From contig NC_068989.1 of assembly GCF_001194135.2 (NCBI RefSeq), positions 75,278,064 to 75,342,063 of the forward strand: a stretch of DNA of 64,000 nt. The letters are read 5' to 3'. Below, piece after piece: positions 22,130-34,109 of the stretch; position 1 is the first letter of the stretch, and each line of letters begins with the position of its first letter. The DNA comes from Octopus bimaculoides (lineage: Eukaryota). Under the pieces are notes generated by a model, which saw only the letters and a program-made list of their open reading frames with translations, did no database searches and was not told the DNA's origin. The position numbers and the translations under genes were made by a program.

Positions 22130-23503
22130 NNNNNNNNNNNNNNNNNNNNNNNNNNNNNNNNNNNNNNNNNNNNNNNNNNNNNNNNNNNNNNNNNNNNNNN
22201 NNNNNNNNNNNNNNNNNNNNNNNNNNNNNNNNNNNNNNNNNNNNNNNNNNNNNNNNNNNNNNNNNNNNNNNNNNNNNNNNNNNNNNNNNNNNNNNNNNNN
22301 NNNNNNNNNNNNNNNNNNNNNNNNNNNNNNNNNNNNNNNNNNNNNNNNNNNNNNNNNNNNNNNNNNNNNNNNNNNNNNNNNNNNNNNNNNNNNNNNNNNN
22401 NNNNNNNNNNNNNNNNNNNNNNNNNNNNNNNNNNNNNNNNNNNNNNNNNNNNNNNNNNNNNNNNNNNNNNNNNNNNNNNNNNNNNNNNNNNNNNNNNNNN
22501 NNNNNNNNNNNNNNNNNNNNNNNNNNNNNNNNNNNNNNNNNNNNNNNNNNNNNNNNNNNNNNNNNNNNNNNNNNNNNNNNNNNNNNNNNNNNNNNNNNNN
22601 NNNNNNNNNNNNNNNNNNNNNNNNNNNNNNNNNNNNNNNNNNNNNNNNNNNNNNNNNNNNNNNNNNNNNNNNNNNNNNNNNNNNNNNNNNNNNNNNNNNN
22701 NNNNNNNNNNNNNNNNNNNNNNNNNNNNNNNNNNNNNNNNNNNNNNNNNNNNNNNNNNNNNNNNNNNNNNNNNNNNNNNNNNNNNNNNNNNNNNNNNNNN
22801 NNNNNNNNNNNNNNNNNNNNNNNNNNNNNNNNNNNNNNNNNNNNNNNNNNNNNNNNNNNNNCAATGGAACAGCCTGCTCGTGAAATTAACATGCAAGTGG
22901 CTGAGCACTCCACAGACACGTGTACCCTTAACATAGTTCTCGGGGATATTCAGTGTGACACAGTGTAACAAGGCTGGCCCTTTGAATTACAGGCACAACA
23001 GAAACAGGAAGTAAGAGTGAGAGAAAGTTGTGGTGAAAGAGTACAGCAGGGTTCGCCACCATCCCCTGCCGGAGCCTTGTGGAGCTTTAGGTGTTTTCAC
23101 TCAATAAACACTCACGACACCCGGTCTGAGAATCGAAACTGTGATCCTATGACCACGAGTCCGCTGCCCTAACCACTGGGCCATTGAATCTGGTACATAA
23201 GAGGAAAAAGCACTTAATTAAGAGTAAAATATATTGATTAGGCTTTCATTGATGATGGACCCTACCCCAGAGTCATATGGACCCCAGTTGAAAGCATTGA
23301 GATAATATTAGCTAATATATGTTTCTTTATCATTATTCTTTTTTTTTTCTATTCTTCTTTTGTTTTATTTTTTTATTTGTTTCAGTCATTTGATGGCAGC
23401 CATGCTGGAGCATTGCCTTTAGTCGAACAAACTGATCCCAGGACTTATTCTTTGTAAACCTAGTAATTATTCTATTGGATCTCTTTTGCTGAACTTTTAT
23501 GAA

Positions 23504-23790
23504 CTAGAAGTCATGGAATTCTGGCTTACAAAATTCCCCAATAAAATTCCAAACTGAATTACTGAAGAAATAAAATTTATTCTGCAAAATAATTGTTACA
23601 AATTAAGTGGCTGCCTTTACAAACAAATCCCTAGGACTGCAATTGTAACAAATGTTGCCCCTACTTATGTGAATTTACTCATGGCATAACTAGAAGTTTC
23701 AGTGTATGAACAATCTAAACTAAAGTATGGTATCAACTTCCATAAATACCTATAAGAAAATTGAAAAGGTTACTTAGATGGATTTCTAAA
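23504..23790 (+). mobile_element. Penelope-like element reverse transcriptase fragment
   Basis: One frame with 4 stops: IKFILQNNCY...YKQIPRTAIVTNVAPTYVNLLMA*LE...KGYLDGF, matching PLE RT FIL.NNYF.F....Y.Q..GTAMGT..AP.YANL.MG.LE...RYLDD.F. Confidence 0.85.
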
Positions 23791-23994
23791 CTCTTTTATA
23801 CAAATGGTAAGAAATCTGAAAACATGGGTCATTTTGAAAGTTCCTTATATATGCAACTAACAAAATATATCTTTATTTACCAGCTCCACATAGCACCAAC
23901 CAAAGCCATCTTTGTCACACACATGCATGGATGCATGGATGCATGCACACACGCATGTATGCACACACGCAGACACATTATAATCATAATTTAA

Positions 23995-24290
23995 TCTTTT
24001 ATCTTTTACTTGTTTCTGCTGTGGCACTGCCTTGAAGAATTTTTAGTTGAATGGATCAACCCCAGTACCTATTCTATCAATGTCTTTTGTTGAATTGCTA
24101 AGTTACAGGGTTGTAAACACACCAACACTGGTTGTCAAGTGGTGATGGGTGACAAACACAGACACACACATACAAACATATATATCTGATGAGTAGAAGA
24201 CACTTGCACATGATGGCACACAGTGGGAGTGAACCTGGAACCATGTGGTTGGGAAGCAAACTTCTTACCACATAGCCACACCTGTGCCTA
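23995..24290 (-). mobile_element. SINE family A with internal deletion
   Basis: Homology to consensus. Further fragments at about 23365-23495 and 24810-24965. Confidence 0.8.
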
Positions 24291-24660
24291 ATATCCTCTT
24301 TTCTGTTTGCTAGGTCATTGTTTTTAATTTTGGCACAAGGGTACCAATTTTATGGGGACAGGTCTAGTCCATAACATCAGCCCTCCGCCAGTGCCATTTT
24401 ATTTTTATTGACCCTGAAAGGATAAAAGGCAAAGTTGACTTTGGTAGAATTTGAACTCAAAATGTAATGAACTGGAACAATTAACACAAGGCATTTTGAC
24501 TGATGCGCAAATAATTCTGCCAGCCTGCTACCCATATTGATATTTAACTATCTGATATCTATCTGTTGTCTATATATATATATTATATATGTGATGTGTG
24601 AGCATATATACATATACATACATATAAATATGTATATATATTTGTGTGTGTATATGTACC

Positions 24661-24709
24661 GTCTCTGATGAGGGGATATATAAAATATCCCAGAAACAAC
24701 TGTAAGACC
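24661..24709 (+). ncRNA. Minimal type I hammerhead ribozyme motif (degenerate), probably from a Penelope-like element
   Basis: GTCT-CTGATGA-G GGGATAT ataaa ATATCCC A-GAAA-C AACT G-TA-AGAC. Core CUGAUGA and GAAA, 7-bp stem II, C-G stem III with tetraloop, GUA triplet, 4-bp stem I. A G-A mismatch sits at the base of stem II. Confidence 0.6.
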
Positions 24710-25040
24710 TCTTTATAAATGTTCTGAAAACTATTCACAGCCTTGGATTTTTTTCTCTCATTCTGTTAATTTTTATATATATATAGATATATATATATAC
24801 TCACAGACATGTTGGGCTTCTTTTAGTTTCCATCTGCGAGATCCACTCACAAAACTTTGTTTGTCCTTTGGGATATAATAGAAGACAATTGTCTGACAGT
24901 GGGACTGAACCTGAAATCATATTGTTTGAAAGCAACTTTCTAAACCACATGGCCATGTCTGCGCTTGGCTATGAATACATGCATACACATATATATGTAA
25001 AATATATACTATGTAATATATTTATATATGTGACACATAT

Positions 25041-25099
<59 letters not shown>

Positions 25100-25136
25100 C
25101 ATATATTTATTTATATTATATATTAAACATAGTTGT

Positions 25137-25174
<38 letters not shown>

Positions 25175-25549
25175 ACAAATATATCTAATATATGTATGTA
25201 TACACACACACACATACATGCAAACACACACTGATAATACTGAAATTTTGAATAAGATGAATGAAAAGAATTTTATAAATTACATTTGAAGAAACTAATC
25301 TGATTAAAGAAATGACACTAATATTTTTTCTAAGAATGAACACACTTTAGAATTTGATATCAAAATGCATTTCTTTTATACTGTTTTTGCCTGTTAATGC
25401 CTTTGTCATTTAATGTTTTGAAGAAATAAAAAAAAGAATAACACTTATTGCGAAACTAAATATCATAATGAAAAATAATAGCAACTAGCAAAACATTTTC
25501 TTATGTCATTCACTTATGTCTATAGATATATTATGTATTTATTTGTCTT

Positions 25550-25643
25550 TGGTCTCCCTGTGGTTGACTTTATTGCTGGCTGAAATTGGCGCTCAGTTAA
25601 CCCCCCGTAGAGGTCACTTCCGTTTTCTAACTGGGTCATCATC
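25550..25643 (+). promoter_or_regulatory. Candidate promoter/5'UTR of a host gene
   Basis: Unique, CpG-richer sequence. Inverted CCAAT (ATTGG, 25585-25589) and ETS-type CACTTCCG (reverse complement CGGAAGTG, 25615-25622) lie directly upstream of an ATG in strong context (atcATGG). Confidence 0.6.
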
Positions 25644-25695
25644 ATGGCAGGACTTGCCGATGTACGGGTCGAAGAGAGTTTACGGATAAAAATCG
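25644..25695 (+). CDS. Probable first coding exon of an unidentified gene (MAGLADVRVEESLRIKI, phase-1 end)
   Basis: ATG with A at -3 and G at +4, 17 open codons plus 1 nt, then a consensus donor G|GTGAGT at 25696. Not part of any repeat family in the window. Protein not recognised. Confidence 0.65.
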
Positions 25696-26239
25696 GTGAG
25701 TATGTGAGAGAATGTTCGAATGTTCACTTATGTTTTATTTCAGTCGTTCAGCTTTTGACCCGTCCTTCCGTTCTTAGTGTCCAAAACTTGTTGTTATTTC
25801 AACATAAACAGAAAAAACTGTCGCCCAAATATCAAAAATCATGTGCGGGCCGAAAACGGAGCAGCAGCAGAAAGGGAGCGAGAGAAAGATAAAGAGAGAG
25901 GAGGAGGGGATGAAATTTAAAAAAAAAAAAGAAATAACATTACACGGCGTAAACAACACACTGTTGCGAAAAAAGAAAAAAAAGAATAGGGGTGGGCTTG
26001 CTTTACCTAAGTTATCTCTCTCTAACGTTTTATTGATATCTCTGAATATTATATTATGTCATTTTATTTTCTTCTATACAGACAGACTTTGCATCGTCTA
26101 TTTATTTATTGGTTTTCTCATTCCTCTGTCTTTCAAACAAGTCAACTGTTGCTCGTCCGTTGAGGTTGTTGTCGTTTGTCGCCCGCCGTGGGGCCTGTCT
26201 GGTCGTTTGTCAATATTTGTCTTGTTTTAGTTTTGTTGT

Positions 26240-26810
26240 TAGGTGCTTCTTTTTTTTTTCTCTCTCTCTATATATACTATGTCTCTCTCACTCTCTTCTT
26301 TAATTGTCTGTCTCTTTTCTGTGTGTATATCGTCTCTCTCTCTCGCTCAACGTATATTTTCCCTGTTCTCTCTAATTGTCTCTCCTTTCTGTATGTATCT
26401 CTCTTTTTTTCTATAAGTGTCTTTCTTTTCTGTATTGGCCTTTCTCTTTCTTTATTTGTTTTCCTATCTTTACTCTGCTTGTCTCTCTTTGTATATGTCT
26501 CTTTTCTATTAATCTTTCTCTTACTCTGAAAATTAGTCTTTGTATGTTTATCTCTTCGTCTATATTTCTCTCTCTCTCTCTCTCTCGTCCTCTGTATGTT
26601 AAGTCTTTTGTCTGTCTTATTCTTTCTATAATTGTCTTTCTCTCATTTTCTGTATATTCATCTCGTTCCCTCTTTCTCTGTATATATTTGTCAGTTTTTT
26701 TTTCTTCCCCTTTGTATATTTGTCTCTCTTTCTCTCTCTCTTGTCTTGAGTATATTTGTCTATCTCATTGTATTCATTGCTTATGTTATTTTACCACAAA
26801 CCTTTATTTT
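26240..26810 (+). repeat. Degenerate CT/T-rich low-complexity tract in the putative first intron
   Basis: About 570 bp dominated by tctc/ttgtc motifs. Confidence 0.85.
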
Positions 26811-27809
26811 TTAAAGTGTGATTAACAGATAGTATATTACTGGTTAACCGATAGTATATATTACTGTAAGATTTAACGATGTCATTATATGCCTGTCATA
26901 AACACACACACACATGTATATATGACAGACATTGACAACATGTGAAAGAAAGACAGACTTCACTATGTTGACTTGAGAATACCGGTTCTTACACGTTTAA
27001 AATATACATACATATACATATATTGTGTGTGTTTGTGAGTGTACATGTTGCTCTCAACTACATTTAAAACAATGAAAACAGTGTTTTAAACCAATAGTAT
27101 GCATGTTTGTATGTGGGTAATATGTGTTTAATATATGTATGTATATATATATATATATATGTGTGCGTGTGAGTATTTTAAAAAATCCCACATGCATACT
27201 GGTTGCATGTTTGGATGGCTAAAACTGATATTTGGTGTGGTCAGATCGGCTGTTTGTATATGCATTTTGAAATTGTTTCGAGGTGCAGAAAAGTTTTTAA
27301 AAAAAGGTGTGTTTGTGTGGGGGGTGTGTGCATTATTGTTACTGTCCGACATTTCGAAAATTCATCGCTGTGACTTTACAAAACAAACCAAAGTACACAC
27401 ACGCAACTGAAGCACACGCATCTACAAGCGGTACACACACACACGCACGTGTGTTTCTTCTGCCTGTATGTATGTATGTGTGTGTGTGTAAGAGAGTGAA
27501 GGGGAATTTTGTGTATACCTGTGTGCAGCTCTGCCAGTGCACCCATGCTTCGTGCTTATGTGCGCACTTATGCACGTGTCATACGGCTTACATACTCATT
27601 TAAACTGAATCCCTTGTGTGTGCGTGTTTGTATATCTATCTATATATTTATATATCACTGTATATATATAAAATGTGTGTTTGTGTTCATGTGTTTTGTT
27701 CCAAGTCAACCCTACTCATGTAAACGGTTCCTGTCGTAATATTTTTTAATGTTACGACAGGACTATATACCAATATGTCTTTTTTTTAAAGACGGTTCGA
27801 TGATTATAT

Positions 27810-28105
27810 TGGAGTGAAATTTGGCTGCTATTTCTTATTGATCTGCTAGCAGCATAGCGATTCTCTCGTTAGGATGCATATTTGAGGGAGATTTGGCTGC
27901 CATTTCCAACAGATCCGTCAGCCGCATAGAGATTCCCCCGTTGGCTTAAGAAAACAGGATGGTTGGTTATTTGAAGGAGTCTTTGGCTACTATTTCTAGC
28001 AGGTCGGCTAGCCGCATAGAGATTCCGTCGTCGGTTCGTTGAGGGAGATTTAGTTACTATTTCTAGCCAACAGGTCGGCTAACCGCAAAGAAATTCCCTC
28101 GTTTG
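27810..28105 (+). repeat. Four tandem degenerate units of family F repeat (gagggagatttggctgctatttctagcaggtcggctagccgcatagagattccc)
   Basis: Units start at about 27815, 27880, 27970 and 28040. Dispersed single F copies at about 50085-50165, 52660-52740, 57600-57770, 58420-58615 and 61315-61340. Confidence 0.75.
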
Positions 28106-28911
28106 CTCTTGTGTGTGTGTGTGTGTGTGTATGTTTTGTACATTTAGGACTTCGAAGCCTAAAACATTCGACGGAAAAAAAAAATGTCATTCTTCAAAAG
28201 ATTTATTTCTGAAAGAACCCTCGACACTTTGGTCTGGGACACATTTTAGTGTAAAATAAAAAAAAAATCTACACGTAAACTTTTTCATTCTGGAAATAAG
28301 AGATTCATTAAATTTTCTAACGTACATATAACTGTTTCCTCTCCATTTCCTGCAAACATTTTATCAGTTTCTCTTCCTTTCTCTTTTGTTTGTTTATTTA
28401 TTTTTTCTTTTTTTTTTTTAACTTATCAAATCACTCTATATACACCCACATCATTTGTATAGTTTTTCCTTCTGTCTTTCTCACAAAACATCCACTCGCG
28501 CACTTTGTATGCGCGCGTGTGTGTATGCATGCATGTATGTTATGTATGTATACACACATACACTTCAGTGTGTATGCGCATGTATATGCTATGCATGTAT
28601 ATATGTAATGCATGTATTGTATGCTATACATGTCTGTTATGTATGTATTGTGTAAAACACACCCGTAATATGTGTATGCGTGTGTACCATTTATCTACAG
28701 ATTAGATGCTGTTCGATTCTTTCTTCGGGAAGGGAAAAGTCTTTTTTCCCCCCCATTTTTGTCCTCAAGCCTATTTTTTTATATATATTTCTTTAAATAT
28801 ATGCCAAATATAATGTTAAATGTTTCATAACGTCTCTCTCTCTCTCTCTCTCTCTCTTTACACACTCACACAATGTTCAACCGTTCATCCCTCTAAATGT
28901 ATGCGTGCGCG

Positions 28912-28947
<36 letters not shown>

Positions 28948-28950
<3 letters not shown>

Positions 28951-29166
28951 AGGAGGTGCTGAAAAGTTCCTGGCTTTGGGTAAAAGAAAATACAAGAGGA
29001 TCAGTTTATTATGATTTTATTTCAACACATTCCTCTCTCAGATTCACACACTTATTGCATCGGTCCTTCGGTTTTTCTAACCCTTCTAAAAGAACTCGGA
29101 AGGTTGCGCCTTCAACCAGGCCTTTCGCTTACCCTTAAAGCCAGGTACTTTTCAGCACCCAGCTCG
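28948..29166 (-). mobile_element. Mariner-derived MITE
   Basis: About 30-bp TIRs cgaaggaggtgctgaaaagttcctggcttt / aaagccaggtacttttcagcacccagctcg, with TA at the right end. Internal LEGLEKPKDRCNKCVNLREECVE remnant on the minus strand. Confidence 0.85.
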
Positions 29167-29262
29167 TATAATTATTTAATGTTCATTTTCCACGCTGGCA
29201 TGGGTTGAACGGTTTCACAGGATCCGGCGAGCCGTAGGACTACGTCTAACTCCAATGTCAGC

Positions 29263-29293
<31 letters not shown>

Positions 29294-29794
29294 AACATTT
29301 CTCCCCTTCACTAATATATCCAGATACATTTCTCATATCTACAGTCTTTTTTTCTCTTTCATTAGTATATAAGAAAATAATCGTCTCTCTCCCTCTGTGG
29401 ATTCAAGTTAACATATGCACGCACGTATATCTGTCTGTGTGTTTTGTAAGTTAGTCCGAGGAGGAGGGGCTCTGTACATGTACGTGTGTGTGTGAGTTGA
29501 GAGAGAGAGAGTATGTGTGTTGTAATAGAGATGTGTTCGGTCTTTACACATTTCTGTAACTATGTCCAATTATTATCTATGTATCTATATTAATTTTACT
29601 ACTCTATATCTTTAGCACACAATCGACTTGCTAGAAATAGTAGCCAATAACTCTGAAATCTCACCCTAAGGTCTTCAAAAATATGCTACATCGGAGATAT
29701 ATTATTCTTAAAAAAAAAAAAAAGACGGTATAGTCACGGTTGTAACGTCAGTCTAATTCATAAATACTGAATATAGGACGATTTTGAATAAATA

Positions 29795-29963
29795 CTGTAT
29801 TTACTCGTGTATAGGTCGCACCCCTATTTTAGTGTCAAGTCATGGTACAAAAAAATTTTCTCTTCGTAGGTTTAGCTTTGCCTCGTGTATAAAATCGCAC
29901 TCCAGTTTTTTTTTCATTTAAAACCAAAGTTTAAAATAGTATGATTTATACATGAATAAATAG
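29795..29963. mobile_element. pogo/Tigger-like MITE
   Basis: TA|CTGTATTTACTCGTGTATAGGTCGCA left end, with an imperfect inverted copy tgatttatacatgaataaatag at the gap edge. A related fragment lies at about 41635-41690. Confidence 0.6.
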
Positions 29964-30579
29964 NNNNNNNNNNNNNNNNNNNNNNNNNNNNNNNNNNNNN
30001 NNNNNNNNNNNNNNNNNNNNNNNNNNNNNNNNNNNNNNNNNNNNNNNNNNNNNNNNNNNNNNNNNNNNNNNNNNNNNNNNNNNNNNNNNNNNNNNNNNNN
30101 NNNNNNNNNNNNNNNNNNNNNNNNNNNNNNNNNNNNNNNNNNNNNNNNNNNNNNNNNNNNNNNNNNNNNNNNNNNNNNNNNNNNNNNNNNNNNNNNNNNN
30201 NNNNNNNNNNNNNNNNNNNNNNNNNNNNNNNNNNNNNNNNNNNNNNNNNNNNNNNNNNNNNNNNNNNNNNNNNNNNNNNNNNNNNNNNNNNNNNNNNNNN
30301 NNNNNNNNNNNNNNNNNNNNNNNNNNNNNNNNNNNNNNNNNNNNNNNNNNNNNNNNNNNNNNNNNNNNNNNNNNNNNNNNNNNNNNNNNNNNNNNNNNNN
30401 NNNNNNNNNNNNNNNNNNNNNNNNNNNNNNNNNNNNNNNNNNNNNNNNNNNNNNNNNNNNNNNNNNNNNNNNNNNNNNNNNNNNNNNNNNNNNNNNNNNN
30501 NNNNNNNNNNNNNNNNNNNNNNNNNNNNNNNNNNNNNNNNNNNNNNNNNNNNNNNNNNNNNNNNNNNNNNNNNNNNNAC

Positions 30580-30658
30580 CGTGGTTATGATGGAAATGTA
30601 ATGGTTCCAGTTGAGGACTGGAATCAGGTTGCAGATATGACTCTGGTGCTTTGCTGTG
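30580..30658 (+). CDS. Candidate internal exon, 5' part hidden in a gap (RGYDGNVMVPVEDWNQVADMTLVLCC)
   Basis: Unique, more GC-rich sequence that is open from the gap edge to a possible donor G|GTATAT. Acceptor not visible. Confidence 0.3.
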
Positions 30659-31196
30659 GTATATTATCAACCCATCTGTCACACCCTATGCTAACCTACC
30701 CTAAACTACAAATAAATTACAACATTGTAACTTTATTACTCTGTCAACAGTCTGTGTGTTATCCAAACCAACTTTTTTCATTGGTGAAATATTTGACATT
30801 TCCTTCTTCTTACTTCCGTTTTACTTCTATTTACTCCACTCCTTTATTCCTTACCAATATGCTACCACTTAGCTAATTTAGGTGTTTATTCAGTCAGGTC
30901 ACACATAACCCATACCAATATCTTATTATAATACTGTTTCTTTCTGTTTACTGTACCTACCTATTTTTTTTTTGTCAAAATATTTTAGTGAAAGATTTTT
31001 TTTCTCCTCTTTCTACGTCTTCTATGTGTTTGTGGCTGAGTGGTTAACACTTTTGATACCAACCCACATAAAACCATGCCTGATTCTATGAAAGGGTAGG
31101 TGTAAGAGACCAGATATGGCTCATTTGAGCATTAAACAAATAGAATATTTTGGTTGGATATGGCCAGTTTAAAAGCTAAAGGGTTAGAGTGATCTA

Positions 31197-31380
31197 CAGG
31201 GTGTTTGGGCTAAATTTGACAGTTTGCATAAAAGAAAAAAGAAAATAATGTCATCCAAAAATAAAAGTATTCTAAAAATAGTCAAAGTATCTGCCCTCAA
31301 CTTCTACCACAGCCTCAAGACAGCTTCAGAGCCTGGTGCATGTTCCTTACTGTGTCCCTGGGAAGATCTTTGAATATCTC
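31197..31380 (-). mobile_element. Tc1/mariner 3' end remnant
   Basis: TA|CAGGGTGTTTGGGCTAAATTTGAC end. Decayed KDLPRDTVRN C-terminal segment resembling DD37D elements. Confidence 0.65.
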
Positions 31381-31949
31381 CGAGGGAAAGGCAAAGGCCG
31401 ATACAGCTTGGTACCAGTGACGTAGCAACTCATTTCTACAGCTGAGTGAACTGCAATAACGTGAAATAAAGTGTCTTGATCAAGAACACAACGCACAGCC
31501 CAGTTTGGGAATTGAACTCACTACCTCATGATTGCGAGCCCAATGCTCTAACTCTGCCATGCACCTTCACACACACATTTATATATTTAGTATATAAATG
31601 CAAGTTTATATGGTTATGTATGTTTGTTTAGCCCTGAAAGGCTCTGAAACAATCTGCGTCCCACCTAACATTCAGATCAACAACTCTCTCACTCTCTCTG
31701 TCACTATCAGGCATTATCAAATATGAAACTCATTATGTTTAGTAGAGGGGACAGATATGTTTAATATATATATAAAAAAAAATACTGCTTCGGCCAGCTT
31801 AGGGTGAAACTTGAGCAGACTGTCATTTTTTATAAAAAAATTACTAGTGTTTCATTTCATTTTTGTAATATACTGTAGAACATATCTATTCATTTTCACT
31901 CAACACAATGTATTACAATTACTGTAAAAAATTCTTTGAATATATAATG

Positions 31950-32655
31950 AACCCCACTGCGTGGCACCTTGGGCAAGTGTCTTCTACTATACCCTTAGGC
32001 CAACCAAAGCCTTGTGAGTGGAATTGGTAGACGGAAACTGAAAGAAGCCCATCGTATATATACATATATGTGTGTGTATGTGTTAGTCCCCCACCATTGC
32101 TTGGCAACCAATGTTGATGTGTTTACGTTCCCGTAACTTAGTGGTTCGGCAAAAGTGACAGATAGGAATAAGTACTAGGCTTACAAAGAATAAGCCCCGG
32201 GGTTGATTTGTTTGACTAAAGGCGGTGCTTCAGCATGGCCGTGGTCAAATGACTGCAACAAATAAAACGATAAAAGCCAAAAAGACTATAGACACAGGTA
32301 TAGCTGGGTGGTCAAGAACCTTCGTTTGCAACCATGTGGTTTCTTGTTCAATCCTATGCACAACACCCTTGGGCAAGTGTCTTCTACAATGGCTCTGGGT
32401 TGACTGGAGCCCTGTGAATGAATTTGGTAAATGGAGACTATGAGAAAGCTCATCATGTGTGTGTGTGTGTGTTTGTCCCCTCTTCATTTGATAATTGCTG
32501 TTGGTTTGTTTATGTCCCTGTAACTTAATGGTTTGGTGGAAGAGACCAACAGAATAGGTACAAGGCTTAAAATTAGTACCGGTGTTGATTTGTTCATCCA
32601 AAGCCCTTCAAGGCAGTGCTCCAGCATGGCCACAGTTCAGTGACTGAAACAAGTT
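31950..32655 (+). mobile_element. Two tandem SINE family A copies
   Basis: About 31950-32270 and 32300-32655, both with head, body and tail. Confidence 0.85.
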
Positions 32656-32669
32656 AAAAAAAATGCACA

Positions 32670-33105
32670 CATAGGCGTAGGAGTGGCTGTGGTAAGTAGC
32701 TTGCTAACGAACCACATGGTTCCAGGTTCAGTCCCACTGCGTGGCACCTNNNNNNNNNNAACTCTGCCAAATCAGACTGGAGCCTGGTGTTGCCATCCGG
32801 TTTCACCAGTCCTCAGTCAAATCGTCCAACCCATGCTAGCATGGAAAGCGGACGTTAAACGATGATGATATGTGTGTGTGTGTGTGTATGTTTGTGTGTC
32901 TGTTTGTCCCCCCTTCATCTCTTGACAACCAATGCTGGTATGTTTACGTTCCTGTAACTTAGTGGTTTGGCAAAAGAGACCGATGGAGTAAGTACTAGGC
33001 TTACAAAGAATAAGTCCTGGGGTCGATTTGCTCCACTAAAGACAGAGCTCCAGCATGGCCGCAGTCAAAGGACTGAAACAAGTAAAAGAGAGTAAAAGAG
33101 ACACA
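32670..33105 (+). mobile_element. Family A copy with a family D 3' end at its microsatellite position
   Basis: A head, 10-N gap, D tail ending gatgatga, then the A 3' half. The junction is partly hidden by the gap. Confidence 0.7.
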
Positions 33106-33193
33106 CACACACATTTTAGTATTAAATTTCATGCTGTATGTATTCCTGGGTATTCTTCCCAAACCATTCTCTCTCCTCCTGTCTCTACCTGCT

Positions 33194-33224
<31 letters not shown>

Positions 33225-33538
33225 CATACACATATACGTGTATACATATACACACACATATACATATATAGTTATTGTTTCATACATTTTTTTCCATGCC
33301 TGCATGGGTGGGATGCTTTACTCTTTGCCTTTCCTGCTGCTGTTCATTCAACCGTGAAGTAGGTGTGGAACCTGATTTTTTTTGTTTTTTTTTTTGTTCA
33401 GTCAAGCAAACTGGAACAAGCAAACTTTTGCTTGGAGGAATGACACAACAATAAATTCTGAACTTGTGATTAGGAGTGTGTATGTATGTGTGTGTGTGTG
33501 TGTGTGTGCATTATATTTGTGTGTATGTAGTGTATATA

Positions 33539-33659
33539 TAGGGTGTCCACAAGGTCTGGGTACATGGAGTAAATAAAATCATAACATAAACAATTAAATA
33601 GAAATAATAATTTCTTAAAGTATGTGTTAATCCCCATGTACCCAGACTTTGTGGACACC

Positions 33660-33662
<3 letters not shown>
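33539..33662. mobile_element. 124-bp Tc1/mariner MITE inserted in (TA)n
   Basis: About 29-bp TIRs agggtgtccacaaggtctgggtacatgg / ccatgtacccagactttgtggacaccct(g), flanked by TA. Confidence 0.9.
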
Positions 33663-33692
<30 letters not shown>

Positions 33693-33695
<3 letters not shown>

Positions 33696-33904
33696 TCTTT
33701 ACTCTTTTACTTGTTTCAGTCATTTGACTGCGGCCATGCTGGGGCACCGCCGTTTAGTCGAGCAAATCGACCCCAGGACTTATTCTTTAGAAGCCTAGTA
33801 CTTATTCTATTGGTCTCTTTTTGCCGAACCGCTAAGTTACGGGGACGTAAACACACCAGCCTCGGTTGTCAAGCGATGTTGGGGGAACAAACACAGACAC
33901 ACAA

Positions 33905-33937
<33 letters not shown>

Positions 33938-34109
33938 CATATATACGATTGGCTTCTTTCAGTTTCTGTCTACCAAATCCACTCACAAGGCTTTGGTTCG
34001 CCCGAGGCTATAGTAGAAGACACATGCCCAAGATGCCACGCAGTGGGACTGAACCCAGGACCATGTGGTTGGTAAGTAAACTACTTACCACACAGCCACT
34101 CCTATGCCT
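33693..34109 (-). mobile_element. SINE family A, full length, CpG-retaining
   Basis: Close to consensus. Confidence 0.9.

Noticed and set aside
25644-25695. Assigning the first exon to DNAJC27 or another small GTPase because of SLRIK
   Set aside because: Five matching residues are insufficient, and no GTPase exon was found downstream.
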